Positions 7,525-15,742 of a stretch of DNA of 34,877 nucleotides are shown piece by piece. The translations under genes and the position numbers were made by a program. The DNA is from a virus: the IMG/VR virus record IMGVR_UViG_3300029928_000026. One strand, given 5' to 3'. Below the pieces are notes generated by a model. That model did not search any database and was not told the DNA's origin. It saw only the letters and a list, made by a program, of their open reading frames with translations. Numbering within the stretch: the stretch's first letter is position 1; each line of letters starts with the position of its first letter.

Positions 7525-7794
7525 ATGGAAGACAATGGATCCGTCGCATCCGGGCCCGCGGCAGACGACCGCAGGGTCTACTGGTGTCCGACATGCAGGG
7601 CATGGTACCTGGTCAGAGGCGATTCGCGTCCGGTGTGTCCCACGTGCATGGCGCCGGCGAGCACCTATACATGCACGAGATGCGGGAAGACCTGGACGCC
7701 CCGCCGCGTCGATCCCCCGAAGCACTGCTCCAGATGCAACAGTCCGTACTGGAACCGCATGAGGACGGCCGCCCACTCCAAGAGGAGGGCCTGA
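7525..7794 (+). CDS. Double zinc-ribbon protein (89 aa)
   Basis: Four CxxC pairs. C-terminal CxRCGxxWxPR...PxxCxxCxSPYW motif recalled from archaeal and archaeal-virus Zn-ribbon proteins. TATA-like CATATATA about 25 nt upstream suggests a leaderless mRNA. Confidence 0.8.
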   Translation: MEDNGSVASGPAADDRRVYWCPTCRAWYLVRGDSRPVCPTCMAPASTYTCTRCGKTWTPRRVDPPKHCSRCNSPYWNRMRTAAHSKRRA

Positions 7795-7795
7795 C

Positions 7796-8029
7796 ATGGC
7801 CGCAGGAGGGTGGAGGGTCCTGGTGACATGCGCGTCGGACGGGACGGTCATGGTCAAGGAGCCGTGCGCGTCCGAGGCCGAGGCGCAGGCGTTCGAGTCG
7901 CGCTTCATCGCGGACATGGCGTCCTCGCCGTCCCCGTGCGGGGCGCTGCGCATCGCCACCGAGCGCCTGGAGACCGACGGATGGGCGGTGGTCAGGGCGA
8001 GGCTCCTCATGACCGGAGGGAGCGAATGA
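7796..8029 (+). CDS. Hypothetical protein (77 aa)
   Basis: Operon-like spacing (1-nt gap; ATGA overlap downstream). Confidence 0.65.
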   Translation: MAAGGWRVLVTCASDGTVMVKEPCASEAEAQAFESRFIADMASSPSPCGALRIATERLETDGWAVVRARLLMTGGSE

Positions 8030-8442
8030 CTCCGAGGAGGACCGCGGGGGCGGCGGACGACGCCATCCCCCCTGTCGTCCCGAGGGGATGCGTCCTCGTG
8101 TCCGTGCCCAAGGGCGACATGAGGAACGAGGGCGGAGCGAGGAGGTTCTGCACGGCGGTGCTCTACGCGGAGATGCTCCGCCTGAGGGGCGCCGCGGAGG
8201 TCCTGATCGGGGACACGTGCATGCTCGTGGCGGTCCGCGCCGAGCTGCAGGGCGACTGCAGGAGGTTCGAGGCGGAGGCCGCGTCCCGCGTCAACACCGT
8301 GAAGGCCACCGACGTCGAGGAGGCCCTGAGACGCGCGCCCATGCTGGAGGAGGCCGCCTCCGCGTGTCCCGACGCCGTCGGATGGAGCTGCCTGACCGGG
8401 CTGCTCGACGGCATGAGATTGAAATACGACATATGGAGATGA
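8026..8442 (+). CDS. Hypothetical protein (138 aa)
   Basis: Start re-called at ATG 8026 (GGAGG SD; ATGA overlap). Confidence 0.65.
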   Translation: MTPRRTAGAADDAIPPVVPRGCVLVSVPKGDMRNEGGARRFCTAVLYAEMLRLRGAAEVLIGDTCMLVAVRAELQGDCRRFEAEAASRVNTVKATDVEEALRRAPMLEEAASACPDAVGWSCLTGLLDGMRLKYDIWR

Positions 8443-8448
8443 CGTGTC

Positions 8449-8814
8449 ATGGCGGACAGCACATCCAGGAAGAGAAGGAGAACGGAGGAGGAGACCGTCC
8501 CCTCCCCCGAGCAGACGACCATACTCATGGAGGCTCGCCCCGAGGCCGCACAGGCTCCCGAGGCCGCCTCCGCACCCGCTCTGAGCGCGGACCCGTTCGC
8601 GGGGGTGGTCCCCGACGCCGAGAACCCGACCATGGTCGAGTACACAGGCATCGGCGGACCGACCAGGTGGATCGTGGATGCGACGGGAGTGGAGACCGCG
8701 TGGAGCAGGTGGCGTGCGTTGCACCCCGACATGGCCCCGGGGGTCTTCATGGACAGGCTGAGGGAGCGCGTTCCCGCGGTCAAGGTCAGGTCCCTGGGCA
8801 TACTCAGGCTCTGA
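8449..8814 (+). CDS. Hypothetical protein (121 aa), disordered N-terminus
   Basis: GGAG upstream; followed by a terminator. Confidence 0.65.
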   Translation: MADSTSRKRRRTEEETVPSPEQTTILMEARPEAAQAPEAASAPALSADPFAGVVPDAENPTMVEYTGIGGPTRWIVDATGVETAWSRWRALHPDMAPGVFMDRLRERVPAVKVRSLGILRL

Positions 8815-8820
8815 CCCCTG

Positions 8821-8853
8821 CCCCCGCCGGTGCATGCCGACGGGGGATTTTTT
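8821..8853 (+). terminator. GC hairpin followed by T-tract
   Basis: CCCCCGCCGG-tgcatg-CCGACGGGGG (one mismatch), then ATTTTTT. Confidence 0.65.
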
Positions 8854-8867
8854 AACCATGGTCGGCG

Positions 8868-11800
8868 ATGCGAGAGCATATGGCCGACGATGACGAGCTC
8901 GGAGATGAGCAGACTAAAGTCAAGGTTCCCGGACCGGATATACCGCACCTCAACAATTCTAATGATCATAAGACAGGCGACGGTGTCGAGAACGTCGCTC
9001 CTGCGAATCAGACCGGCGAGACCGGCAAACAAACCGATTCTGCAGAGCAGGCCGTCGCTCCTGTGGATCAGACCGGCGAGACCGTCGAAGAAGAGCAGGA
9101 GGACGGCGCTGGGGCCGATGCGGAGGTGAATCCTGTCGAGACGGAGGTCCAGGCGAAGGCCCATGTCGAGGAGCCCCCTGAAGTCGAGGGGCCCCCTGCT
9201 GAGTACACATCGACCGAAGAAGCGAAGGACAGATCCGAAGAGGAGGAGCAGGACTCCGAGGAGAGGCGGCAGGACGAGGAGACCTACGGATCGCAGGACG
9301 ACTCGCGGTTCGACGAGGATGCCGGGAGATACTACGACGAGGCGAGGCGCCGCAACAGGTGGATGACGACGGAGAACGCCCTGAAGACCGCCGCGGTCAT
9401 GCTCCCCGGAGTCGCCGCGCAGGGTCTCGGAGAAGGCATCGGAGCGGTCACCAGACTGGTGGACGGCTTCCTCTCGGGAGGGGCGCTGAGCATGCCGTCC
9501 AGGGTGCTGGCGGAGGCCATGACCGGCGCGGATACCGCGAAGCGTCTCGGAGAGGCGTCCGCGCAGGCGTACGGCATCGCGGCGAACGCCGACAGGGAGG
9601 CTCTGAAGGGCACGTATCAGGGGCGCATGCTCGAAGCCCGCGACAAGGCGGAGATGATGGGCATCGCAAGGGCGCATGCGGTCATCGCGCAGGCGGGCGG
9701 GGAGGACCTCTCGCAGCTGGACGACGCAGGGCTCGACGGCGTGGAGAGGAGGCTCGGCGCGAGGCGTGCGGAGCTGATGCGCAGGCTGAGCGAGGACCAC
9801 GCGGCCAGAGAACGCAACAGACAGCAGTACAGGGACGGCGACGCCGTGATGCAGTTCGCAGGGCTCGTGGGCGGAGCGGACGGAACCATGAAGGCGTCGG
9901 AGCGCAGGGAGGCTCTCGCGGAGATCGCATCAATCGACGACGTGACCAAGGGCATCGGGACCGCCAGACGCAGCCTGAGGTCTCAGGAGAGGGAGCAGGC
10001 GCGTCAGCAGAAGGCCGCGCAGGCGCAGGCGTACGAGGACTACTATCAGAACAGCGCCCAGCCGTCCCAGCGCCTCGTCATGGACATGCTCGGACGCAAG
10101 GACATCGAGTGGGGGGCGGACGGGCTGCCCGTGGACCGCAACGTGCTCGGCAGGGCCGCCCGCGCCCTGCTGAACAGATACAGGAGCGAGACGAACCCCG
10201 ATCCCGCTCTTGCGCGCGCGGCCGCGATATACGGAGCGGCGTACAGGTCCAGAGGCGAGTCGTCCGAAGCGGAGCGCAGGAGGCTCCTGAGAGAGCAGAA
10301 GGAGGCGGACAAGGCTGCGAAGCAGAAGGCGTATGACGATTATTACGGCAATAAGGCGACGCCCGAGCAGAGATACGTCATGCGGCACATCCTCGGACGC
10401 AACGATGTGGATTGGGGAGACAACGGATTCCCTGTGGATAGGAACGTCATATACCGCATCGCACGCGGACTGGACGACTACGCGACGGCGAATCCCAACA
10501 ACGCGGATGCCGGGTATGCGAAGCAGATGGCCGGGAAGTATTGGACCGAATGGTACAATCATGCTCCCGATGAGACCAAGGCGCGCCGTGCCGAGGCCGA
10601 GCAGAGGAGGCAGGCGCGTCAGCAGAAGGAGGCGGACAAGGCTGCGAAGCAGAAGGCGTACGAGGACTACTACGCCAACCGGGCGGACGACGGCCAGAAG
10701 ACGGTCATGGATCTGCTCGGACGCAGAGACATCGACTGGGACGAGCGCGGGTTCCCTGTGAAGGACTCGGACCTGAACAGGGCGTACAGGAGGCTGAACC
10801 ACGACATACTGAACGAGCCCGACCCGCAGGCGAGAGCATCCCTGGAGAAGCTGAGGGACGCCTACTGGGCCGAGAAGCAGGCCCGTGCGATCACTCCCGA
10901 GAAGAGGGCGAAGCTGGAGGAGGAGAGGAAGCGGAGCGAGGCGTACAGGCAGTTCTATCAGAGTCTCGCGGACGACGATCCGAGGAAGGTGCTGATGGAC
11001 GCCTTGGGCGATATCGAGATCGACTGGGGCGCGGACGGCCTCCCCATGGACAGCAGTAAGCTGCGGAAAGCCGCGCTGGCCCTGACGGAGAGGGCGAACA
11101 GGACGAGCGACCCAGTCGAGGCGAACAGGCTGAACGGCTACGCGAAGAGGTTCACGGAGCAGTTCGCGCATCTCAAGGAGACTCCGGACGACAGGCTGAG
11201 GAGGGAGCAGACCGAGCAGGCCGAGCGCGACTACGCGAACGCGTACGGCGCAGCGGACGACTACCAGAAAGCATGGTTCGACAGGGTCAACGCCGGCAGG
11301 AGGACGAAGGCCGCGCCGCAGTTCGACGCCGAGGGCCTTCCCGCGGATCCCAGGATGCTGAACAGGTATGCGGTGTTCGCCAAGGAGCAGGCGGATGCGG
11401 CGACGGATGATGCCGTCAGAAGGGAGTGGAACGCCCGCGAGGAGAAGGCGAAGGCGAGGATAGGCACCGAGAAGATCCGGAGCAGATTGAATCCTGAAAA
11501 CAGGAGGCTGTTCGACACGGATGCCACGCAGAGGATGTACATGAGCATTCCGGGCGTGGGGGACGACAGGCTTGAGAACACCGAGCCGGGAGCCCTCCCT
11601 CTCGACAGCAGGAACTGGGGCAAATGGATCGGTCACCTCAGGAACAGGGGCGATATCGAGGGCGCGACGCTGGCGGAGCTCAACCGCGCGTGCAGGAACG
11701 CAGACCTTGCGGGCAAGTGGCCCGAGGTCAGCAGGAACGTGCGCAACCTCATGAGCAGGCTGGATGATGACGAGAAGGGCTTCATGGCCTCCCCTACGTT

Positions 11801-14330
11801 CGAGGGCGTGGATGATGTCATCTCGGCGCATCCCGAGCTCGCGGATTCTCTGAAGGGCTATATGGCGACCAAGACGGACTTGGCTCTGAGGGGAATCAAG
11901 AGCCGCGACGGAAGGCTGGGTGTTCCTCAGAACCTGTATGACAAGCTGTCGGGACAGCTGATCAGGGCGAAGACCAGAGTAGACGAGGGAGAGAGTCCGC
12001 AGAAGGTCTACGGCGATCTGATTGCGAGAGCGAGATATGCCGATCTCAGGTCCAGGACCATGATGCAGAACGGCATGGATGACAAGGCGAACAGGATCAG
12101 GGAGCTGCTGATCGAGAACCAGCAGATGGACCCGCAGGTCAGAGGCAGGTGCGAGAGATTCCTGAAGATGTACAATCACCTCTACGATTCGGATCCGTCC
12201 AGAGGTGCGATGCTCCCCGAGGGCGCGGACGTCGAGATGTATGCGAACAGGCTCAACGGAATGAGACGTTTCGCCAAGACGCTCGCAGAGAGCGCCGCGA
12301 AGAAGCAGAAGGCCGCGCCTGCCGGTGCAACGGGCGCCGCGGCCAATGCCGTCAATCCTCCGGTTCCGCAGGTCGTTCCGAAGCAGACGGTTCAGACCAC
12401 GGCACGGACTGCTGTCAATCCCATGGGGTCGTATCTCAACAATATCGGCAATTTCTTCAATCCCCCTACGAGGAATGCGACGCAGGCATGGCAGAATATG
12501 AAGAATGCGCTGGACTCTATGAATGTCTATTATCTCAAGAATGCGACGAATACTTCGAACAACATGCCTCCCAGTCTGAAAGAAGTGAGCGATGACACTC
12601 TGACAGAGATAAGAAACGGATTGGATGGTCTGATCACATCCAAAACCACTGCAAAAGGGGAAGCTATCGATGAGAAGACATTGGAAGAGCTGAAACATTA
12701 CAAAGCTCGCATTGACAGGATACTCGAATCCAGGCATGCGTCGATTACGGAAGACAACCCGATAGGGTGGATGCCCGAGGGCAGAGAAATGCCGGATGTG
12801 TCGCGCGAGAACAGATACAGGCATAGAATGGCTTCTAGATCGAAGGATAATAGTAATGACCTTGCCAACCCGGATAATGCCAAAAATGAACATAAGAGGC
12901 TGATTGCTGTTCTGAATGACACTCTGAATGATAATGACGGGAACGCCATCGATGTGAAGAGCATGGACCGCGACGGGCGCAAGGAGCTGCTGAAGAACAG
13001 ACCCGATCTGCTCGATGCCATCCTGGACCTGGGCGCGTTCAGCAGGGCGGTCTATACGACTGCCAGGGGGAAGCTGCAACAGGAATCGAAGGTGAAAGAC
13101 AAAAAATTAGAAGCAATGGCAGGATATATTTCTCCGAATACCTCTGCGGAGGAAGAGAACTACGCATTGAATCTGATGGATGTCCTGTACGGTCAGCCGG
13201 ATGTGAGGAAGAAGGAGGCGAAGACAAGGACAGGCAAGACTCCGCAGCCTAATGCCGTCGTGGAACCGGAATCAGGCTATGGAATCACTTCCAAGACGAG
13301 AGGGGTTGAGGTATCGAACCTGCTGTACAAGCCCGAATCCGACAAAAATGTCAAAACCGGCAAAAAGGTTACGAATGCACAGGAAGCTCTGGATCTCATC
13401 AAGGAGGTTCGCGGAACATGGGATAATGAGAGCAAGAACAGCAAGCTGTCGAAGTTCAAAAGAGAAGTGCAACGGATGCTCTATGACGAGAAGTTCCATG
13501 ATGCCGGCATTCCTCTCACCAATAAAAATGTCAGAAAGAAGTTCGCGGAACTTCTGAACAGTGATGAGAACAAAGACATCAAAGCCTGGCTGGAGAAGGA
13601 CAACCCGTACATCAAGGTATCCCCTGACGACATATCTCCTGACGACATATCTCCTGACGACATATCTCCTGACGACATATCCTATGATGACAATATGAAA
13701 TATATCGCGGATCAGACCAAGAGCAAGAGCTATTTGTATGATTACATCAAGGAATATGTCGAATCGGATCCCGATAAGTCTGAATCACGTGCGAACGACA
13801 TCGCATCCACACTCAGAACGGATGGTTTGGCAGGTCTGTACAAACCTATTTTGAGCACCGTGGATGACGATAAAAGGAAAAGGGTTGCCACAAATATTCT
13901 GGATGCAAAAAAGAATCCGGATCTGGATTTAAACAAATTGAATCTCTTCAGAAACGGGGAGAAGTTCAAGGATGACGTATTCAAAGAATTAGTAAACAAC
14001 AATTTCAAGGAATTAATAGACTATGTAGGCGGCAATCAGAAGGGGTATGAGATCGCAAACGATATCATCGGTACATACATGAAGAATGTCCTTACCGATG
14101 GAGACGCGGACACCGCCGATGGCAACGCAGGCGGTGCCTTTGGCAAATCCGCCTCCAAGCCATCCATCCTGGACGGGCTCTCCCGTGCGGACCGCATCCG
14201 CGTGGCGTCCCGCATCATCAAGGCGAAGCGCCTCGGAGCCGCTGTGGACCCGAGGCTGTTGGAAGAATCCATGAGCATCGCCAAGTCCGCTACGAAGGGC
14301 TTCCTGTCCAAGTACGGATTCCGTGGATGA
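8868..14330 (+). CDS. Giant (1820 aa) charged, alpha-helical repeat protein of unknown function; possibly an internal virion/ejection protein
   Basis: Uninterrupted 5.4-kb ORF with acidic N-terminus, five to six ~100-aa repeats and a K/N-rich C-terminal third. No catalytic motif recognised. Start may be ATG 8880. Confidence 0.85.
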   Translation: MREHMADDDELGDEQTKVKVPGPDIPHLNNSNDHKTGDGVENVAPANQTGETGKQTDSAEQAVAPVDQTGETVEEEQEDGAGADAEVNPVETEVQAKAHVEEPPEVEGPPAEYTSTEEAKDRSEEEEQDSEERRQDEETYGSQDDSRFDEDAGRYYDEARRRNRWMTTENALKTAAVMLPGVAAQGLGEGIGAVTRLVDGFLSGGALSMPSRVLAEAMTGADTAKRLGEASAQAYGIAANADREALKGTYQGRMLEARDKAEMMGIARAHAVIAQAGGEDLSQLDDAGLDGVERRLGARRAELMRRLSEDHAARERNRQQYRDGDAVMQFAGLVGGADGTMKASERREALAEIASIDDVTKGIGTARRSLRSQEREQARQQKAAQAQAYEDYYQNSAQPSQRLVMDMLGRKDIEWGADGLPVDRNVLGRAARALLNRYRSETNPDPALARAAAIYGAAYRSRGESSEAERRRLLREQKEADKAAKQKAYDDYYGNKATPEQRYVMRHILGRNDVDWGDNGFPVDRNVIYRIARGLDDYATANPNNADAGYAKQMAGKYWTEWYNHAPDETKARRAEAEQRRQARQQKEADKAAKQKAYEDYYANRADDGQKTVMDLLGRRDIDWDERGFPVKDSDLNRAYRRLNHDILNEPDPQARASLEKLRDAYWAEKQARAITPEKRAKLEEERKRSEAYRQFYQSLADDDPRKVLMDALGDIEIDWGADGLPMDSSKLRKAALALTERANRTSDPVEANRLNGYAKRFTEQFAHLKETPDDRLRREQTEQAERDYANAYGAADDYQKAWFDRVNAGRRTKAAPQFDAEGLPADPRMLNRYAVFAKEQADAATDDAVRREWNAREEKAKARIGTEKIRSRLNPENRRLFDTDATQRMYMSIPGVGDDRLENTEPGALPLDSRNWGKWIGHLRNRGDIEGATLAELNRACRNADLAGKWPEVSRNVRNLMSRLDDDEKGFMASPTFEGVDDVISAHPELADSLKGYMATKTDLALRGIKSRDGRLGVPQNLYDKLSGQLIRAKTRVDEGESPQKVYGDLIARARYADLRSRTMMQNGMDDKANRIRELLIENQQMDPQVRGRCERFLKMYNHLYDSDPSRGAMLPEGADVEMYANRLNGMRRFAKTLAESAAKKQKAAPAGATGAAANAVNPPVPQVVPKQTVQTTARTAVNPMGSYLNNIGNFFNPPTRNATQAWQNMKNALDSMNVYYLKNATNTSNNMPPSLKEVSDDTLTEIRNGLDGLITSKTTAKGEAIDEKTLEELKHYKARIDRILESRHASITEDNPIGWMPEGREMPDVSRENRYRHRMASRSKDNSNDLANPDNAKNEHKRLIAVLNDTLNDNDGNAIDVKSMDRDGRKELLKNRPDLLDAILDLGAFSRAVYTTARGKLQQESKVKDKKLEAMAGYISPNTSAEEENYALNLMDVLYGQPDVRKKEAKTRTGKTPQPNAVVEPESGYGITSKTRGVEVSNLLYKPESDKNVKTGKKVTNAQEALDLIKEVRGTWDNESKNSKLSKFKREVQRMLYDEKFHDAGIPLTNKNVRKKFAELLNSDENKDIKAWLEKDNPYIKVSPDDISPDDISPDDISPDDISYDDNMKYIADQTKSKSYLYDYIKEYVESDPDKSESRANDIASTLRTDGLAGLYKPILSTVDDDKRKRVATNILDAKKNPDLDLNKLNLFRNGEKFKDDVFKELVNNNFKELIDYVGGNQKGYEIANDIIGTYMKNVLTDGDADTADGNAGGAFGKSASKPSILDGLSRADRIRVASRIIKAKRLGAAVDPRLLEESMSIAKSATKGFLSKYGFRG
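13621..13680 (+). repeat. 4 x 15-bp tandem repeat (CTCCTGACGACATAT) encoding (SPDDI)n
   Basis: Seen directly; one further degenerate unit follows. Confidence 0.95.
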
Positions 14331-14335
14331 CCTTC

Positions 14336-14356
14336 ATCCCGGGACATCCCCGGGAT
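14336..14356 (+). terminator. Hairpin ATCCCGGG-N5-CCCGGGAT after the giant gene
   Basis: Perfect 8-bp stem 5 nt after TGA. Confidence 0.5.
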
Positions 14357-14408
14357 CCAAACCTATTTCCTCCATTTCTGGGAATATCTTGCCTGTAAAG
14401 GATGGAAA

Positions 14409-14647
14409 GGTTACATGATCGGTTACATCGGTTACATCCGGTTACAATAACATGTAACCTGTTATCTTTCGTAACTTTATATAAATCTTTCTTTATTTTT
14501 ACTTCATAATATTTAATATTAATTATAGTTATATCCATCGGTTACAAAGTTACATGATTTTGGGAAAACTTTCTGAAAACATTTCCACCATGAAGAATCG
14601 CACAGAAAAGTTTCCGAAAATCATGTAACCGATGTAACCGTGTAACC
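14409..14647. other. Putative replication origin: GGTTACA iterons in both orientations around an AT-rich tract
   Basis: GGTTACA at 14409, 14421, 14430, 14440, 14540; TGTAACC at 14453, 14624, 14633, 14641. 14481-14530 has 5 G/C in 50 nt. Imperfect inverted repeat of about 33 bp (14539-14571 / 14607-14640). Lies upstream of the helicase operon. Confidence 0.75.
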
Positions 14648-14839
14648 GGGAGCCGACCGTTCGGCAAGATTGATAAGGAGCGGACGCGATATGCCATCGA
14701 CCTGTGCATACCCTCGGCTCCGCACTCATGAGGTTCCTAAGCGCCCGAGGGTCACTGCCGCCCCAATCGGATTCAACTGATATAGCCTGATAGAATGTTT
14801 TATATATCATCCGATACATGTAGGTCATGTCTCACACAA

Positions 14840-14878
14840 GGGTCGGCGGGTTGTTGTCTACCTTTTTCCCGCCGGCCC
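14840..14878. other. 11-bp stem hairpin (GGGTCGGCGGG / CCCGCCGGCCC) upstream of the ParB-like gene
   Basis: Inverted repeat with one G-T pair and a 17-nt loop; role unknown. Confidence 0.45.
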
Positions 14879-14945
14879 GAGACCGTTTTCCATGACCTCG
14901 CCCCGGTGTTCTCAGGCGGATCCATAGCACTCCATTAAATCCGAG

Positions 14946-15725
14946 ATGCGCGATGGCAGGAGCATGACGCGGAAGAACGTTCTGACACCCGCTCCCATCG
15001 AGGAGGTCCTGCCCGAGGACAGGATCGAGACCACCTACGTCCGTATCGACGACCTCAAGCCGTACGAGAACAATCCTCGTTTCAATGACGATACCGTTCC
15101 TCTTCTCATAAATTCCATCGAAAGCTTCGGATTCAAGGTCCCGCCCGTCGTGATGCGCGACGGAACGCTCATCACAGGGCATACGAGGATCAAGGCCGCC
15201 AAGGAAGCAGGACGCAAGGCCATCGCGTGCATCATCGCAGAGGATTTCGACGATGCCAAGTCCAAGATGTTCCGCCTCGCTGACAACAAGACGCAGGAGG
15301 TGTCCTCATGGGATTTCGACAAGCTCCCGTTCGAGCTGGACGGCGTGAAGGACATGGGGTATGAGCCGGAGGACTTCGGATTCACCCCTCTGGACCTGGG
15401 GGCATTCGATGACGAGGACGCGGACGAGGACGGAGACGAGGGCATGGTGGCGCCCCCGACGAACATGGACATGCTGGAAGAGTCGGAGTTCATCAGCACG
15501 TCCGTGCGTCCCGGAGATGTGATCGCCATGGGCAAGGCGGAGGTCGTATGCGCTCCTGTCGAGCTGGACGATGTGATGGAGCTGCAGAAGAGGAAGACAT
15601 CCCGTCTGCACGAGCCCGATCCCGAGAAGTGCGAGGCTCTCGCCCGCGGGTGGATGGAGGAGACCGGAAGGCGCCCCGTACTCATGAGAGAGGGTTCTCC
15701 CGTGAACGGCTTCTTGGAAGATTGA
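14946..15725 (+). CDS. ParB/Srx-like N-terminal domain protein with a vestigial DNA-methylase-associated C-terminus
   Basis: IDDLKPYENNPR, SIESFGF..P, GHTRIKAA and RLADNK motifs are typical of phage ParB-like proteins. Start may be ATG 14964. Confidence 0.85.
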   Translation: MRDGRSMTRKNVLTPAPIEEVLPEDRIETTYVRIDDLKPYENNPRFNDDTVPLLINSIESFGFKVPPVVMRDGTLITGHTRIKAAKEAGRKAIACIIAEDFDDAKSKMFRLADNKTQEVSSWDFDKLPFELDGVKDMGYEPEDFGFTPLDLGAFDDEDADEDGDEGMVAPPTNMDMLEESEFISTSVRPGDVIAMGKAEVVCAPVELDDVMELQKRKTSRLHEPDPEKCEALARGWMEETGRRPVLMREGSPVNGFLED

Positions 15726-15742
15726 CATAATCCTATATATAT

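Noticed and set aside
7519-13079. Large minus-strand ORFs 7519..8859, 8163..9800 and 9930..13079
   Set aside because: Antisense shadows of GC-rich plus-strand genes; no motifs or RBS.
14550-14828. Minus-strand 92-aa ORF sharing GTGTGAGACATG with the start of 671..1024
   Set aside because: It runs through the iteron array and has atypical composition. The 12-nt match alone is insufficient, although a short peptide cannot be excluded.
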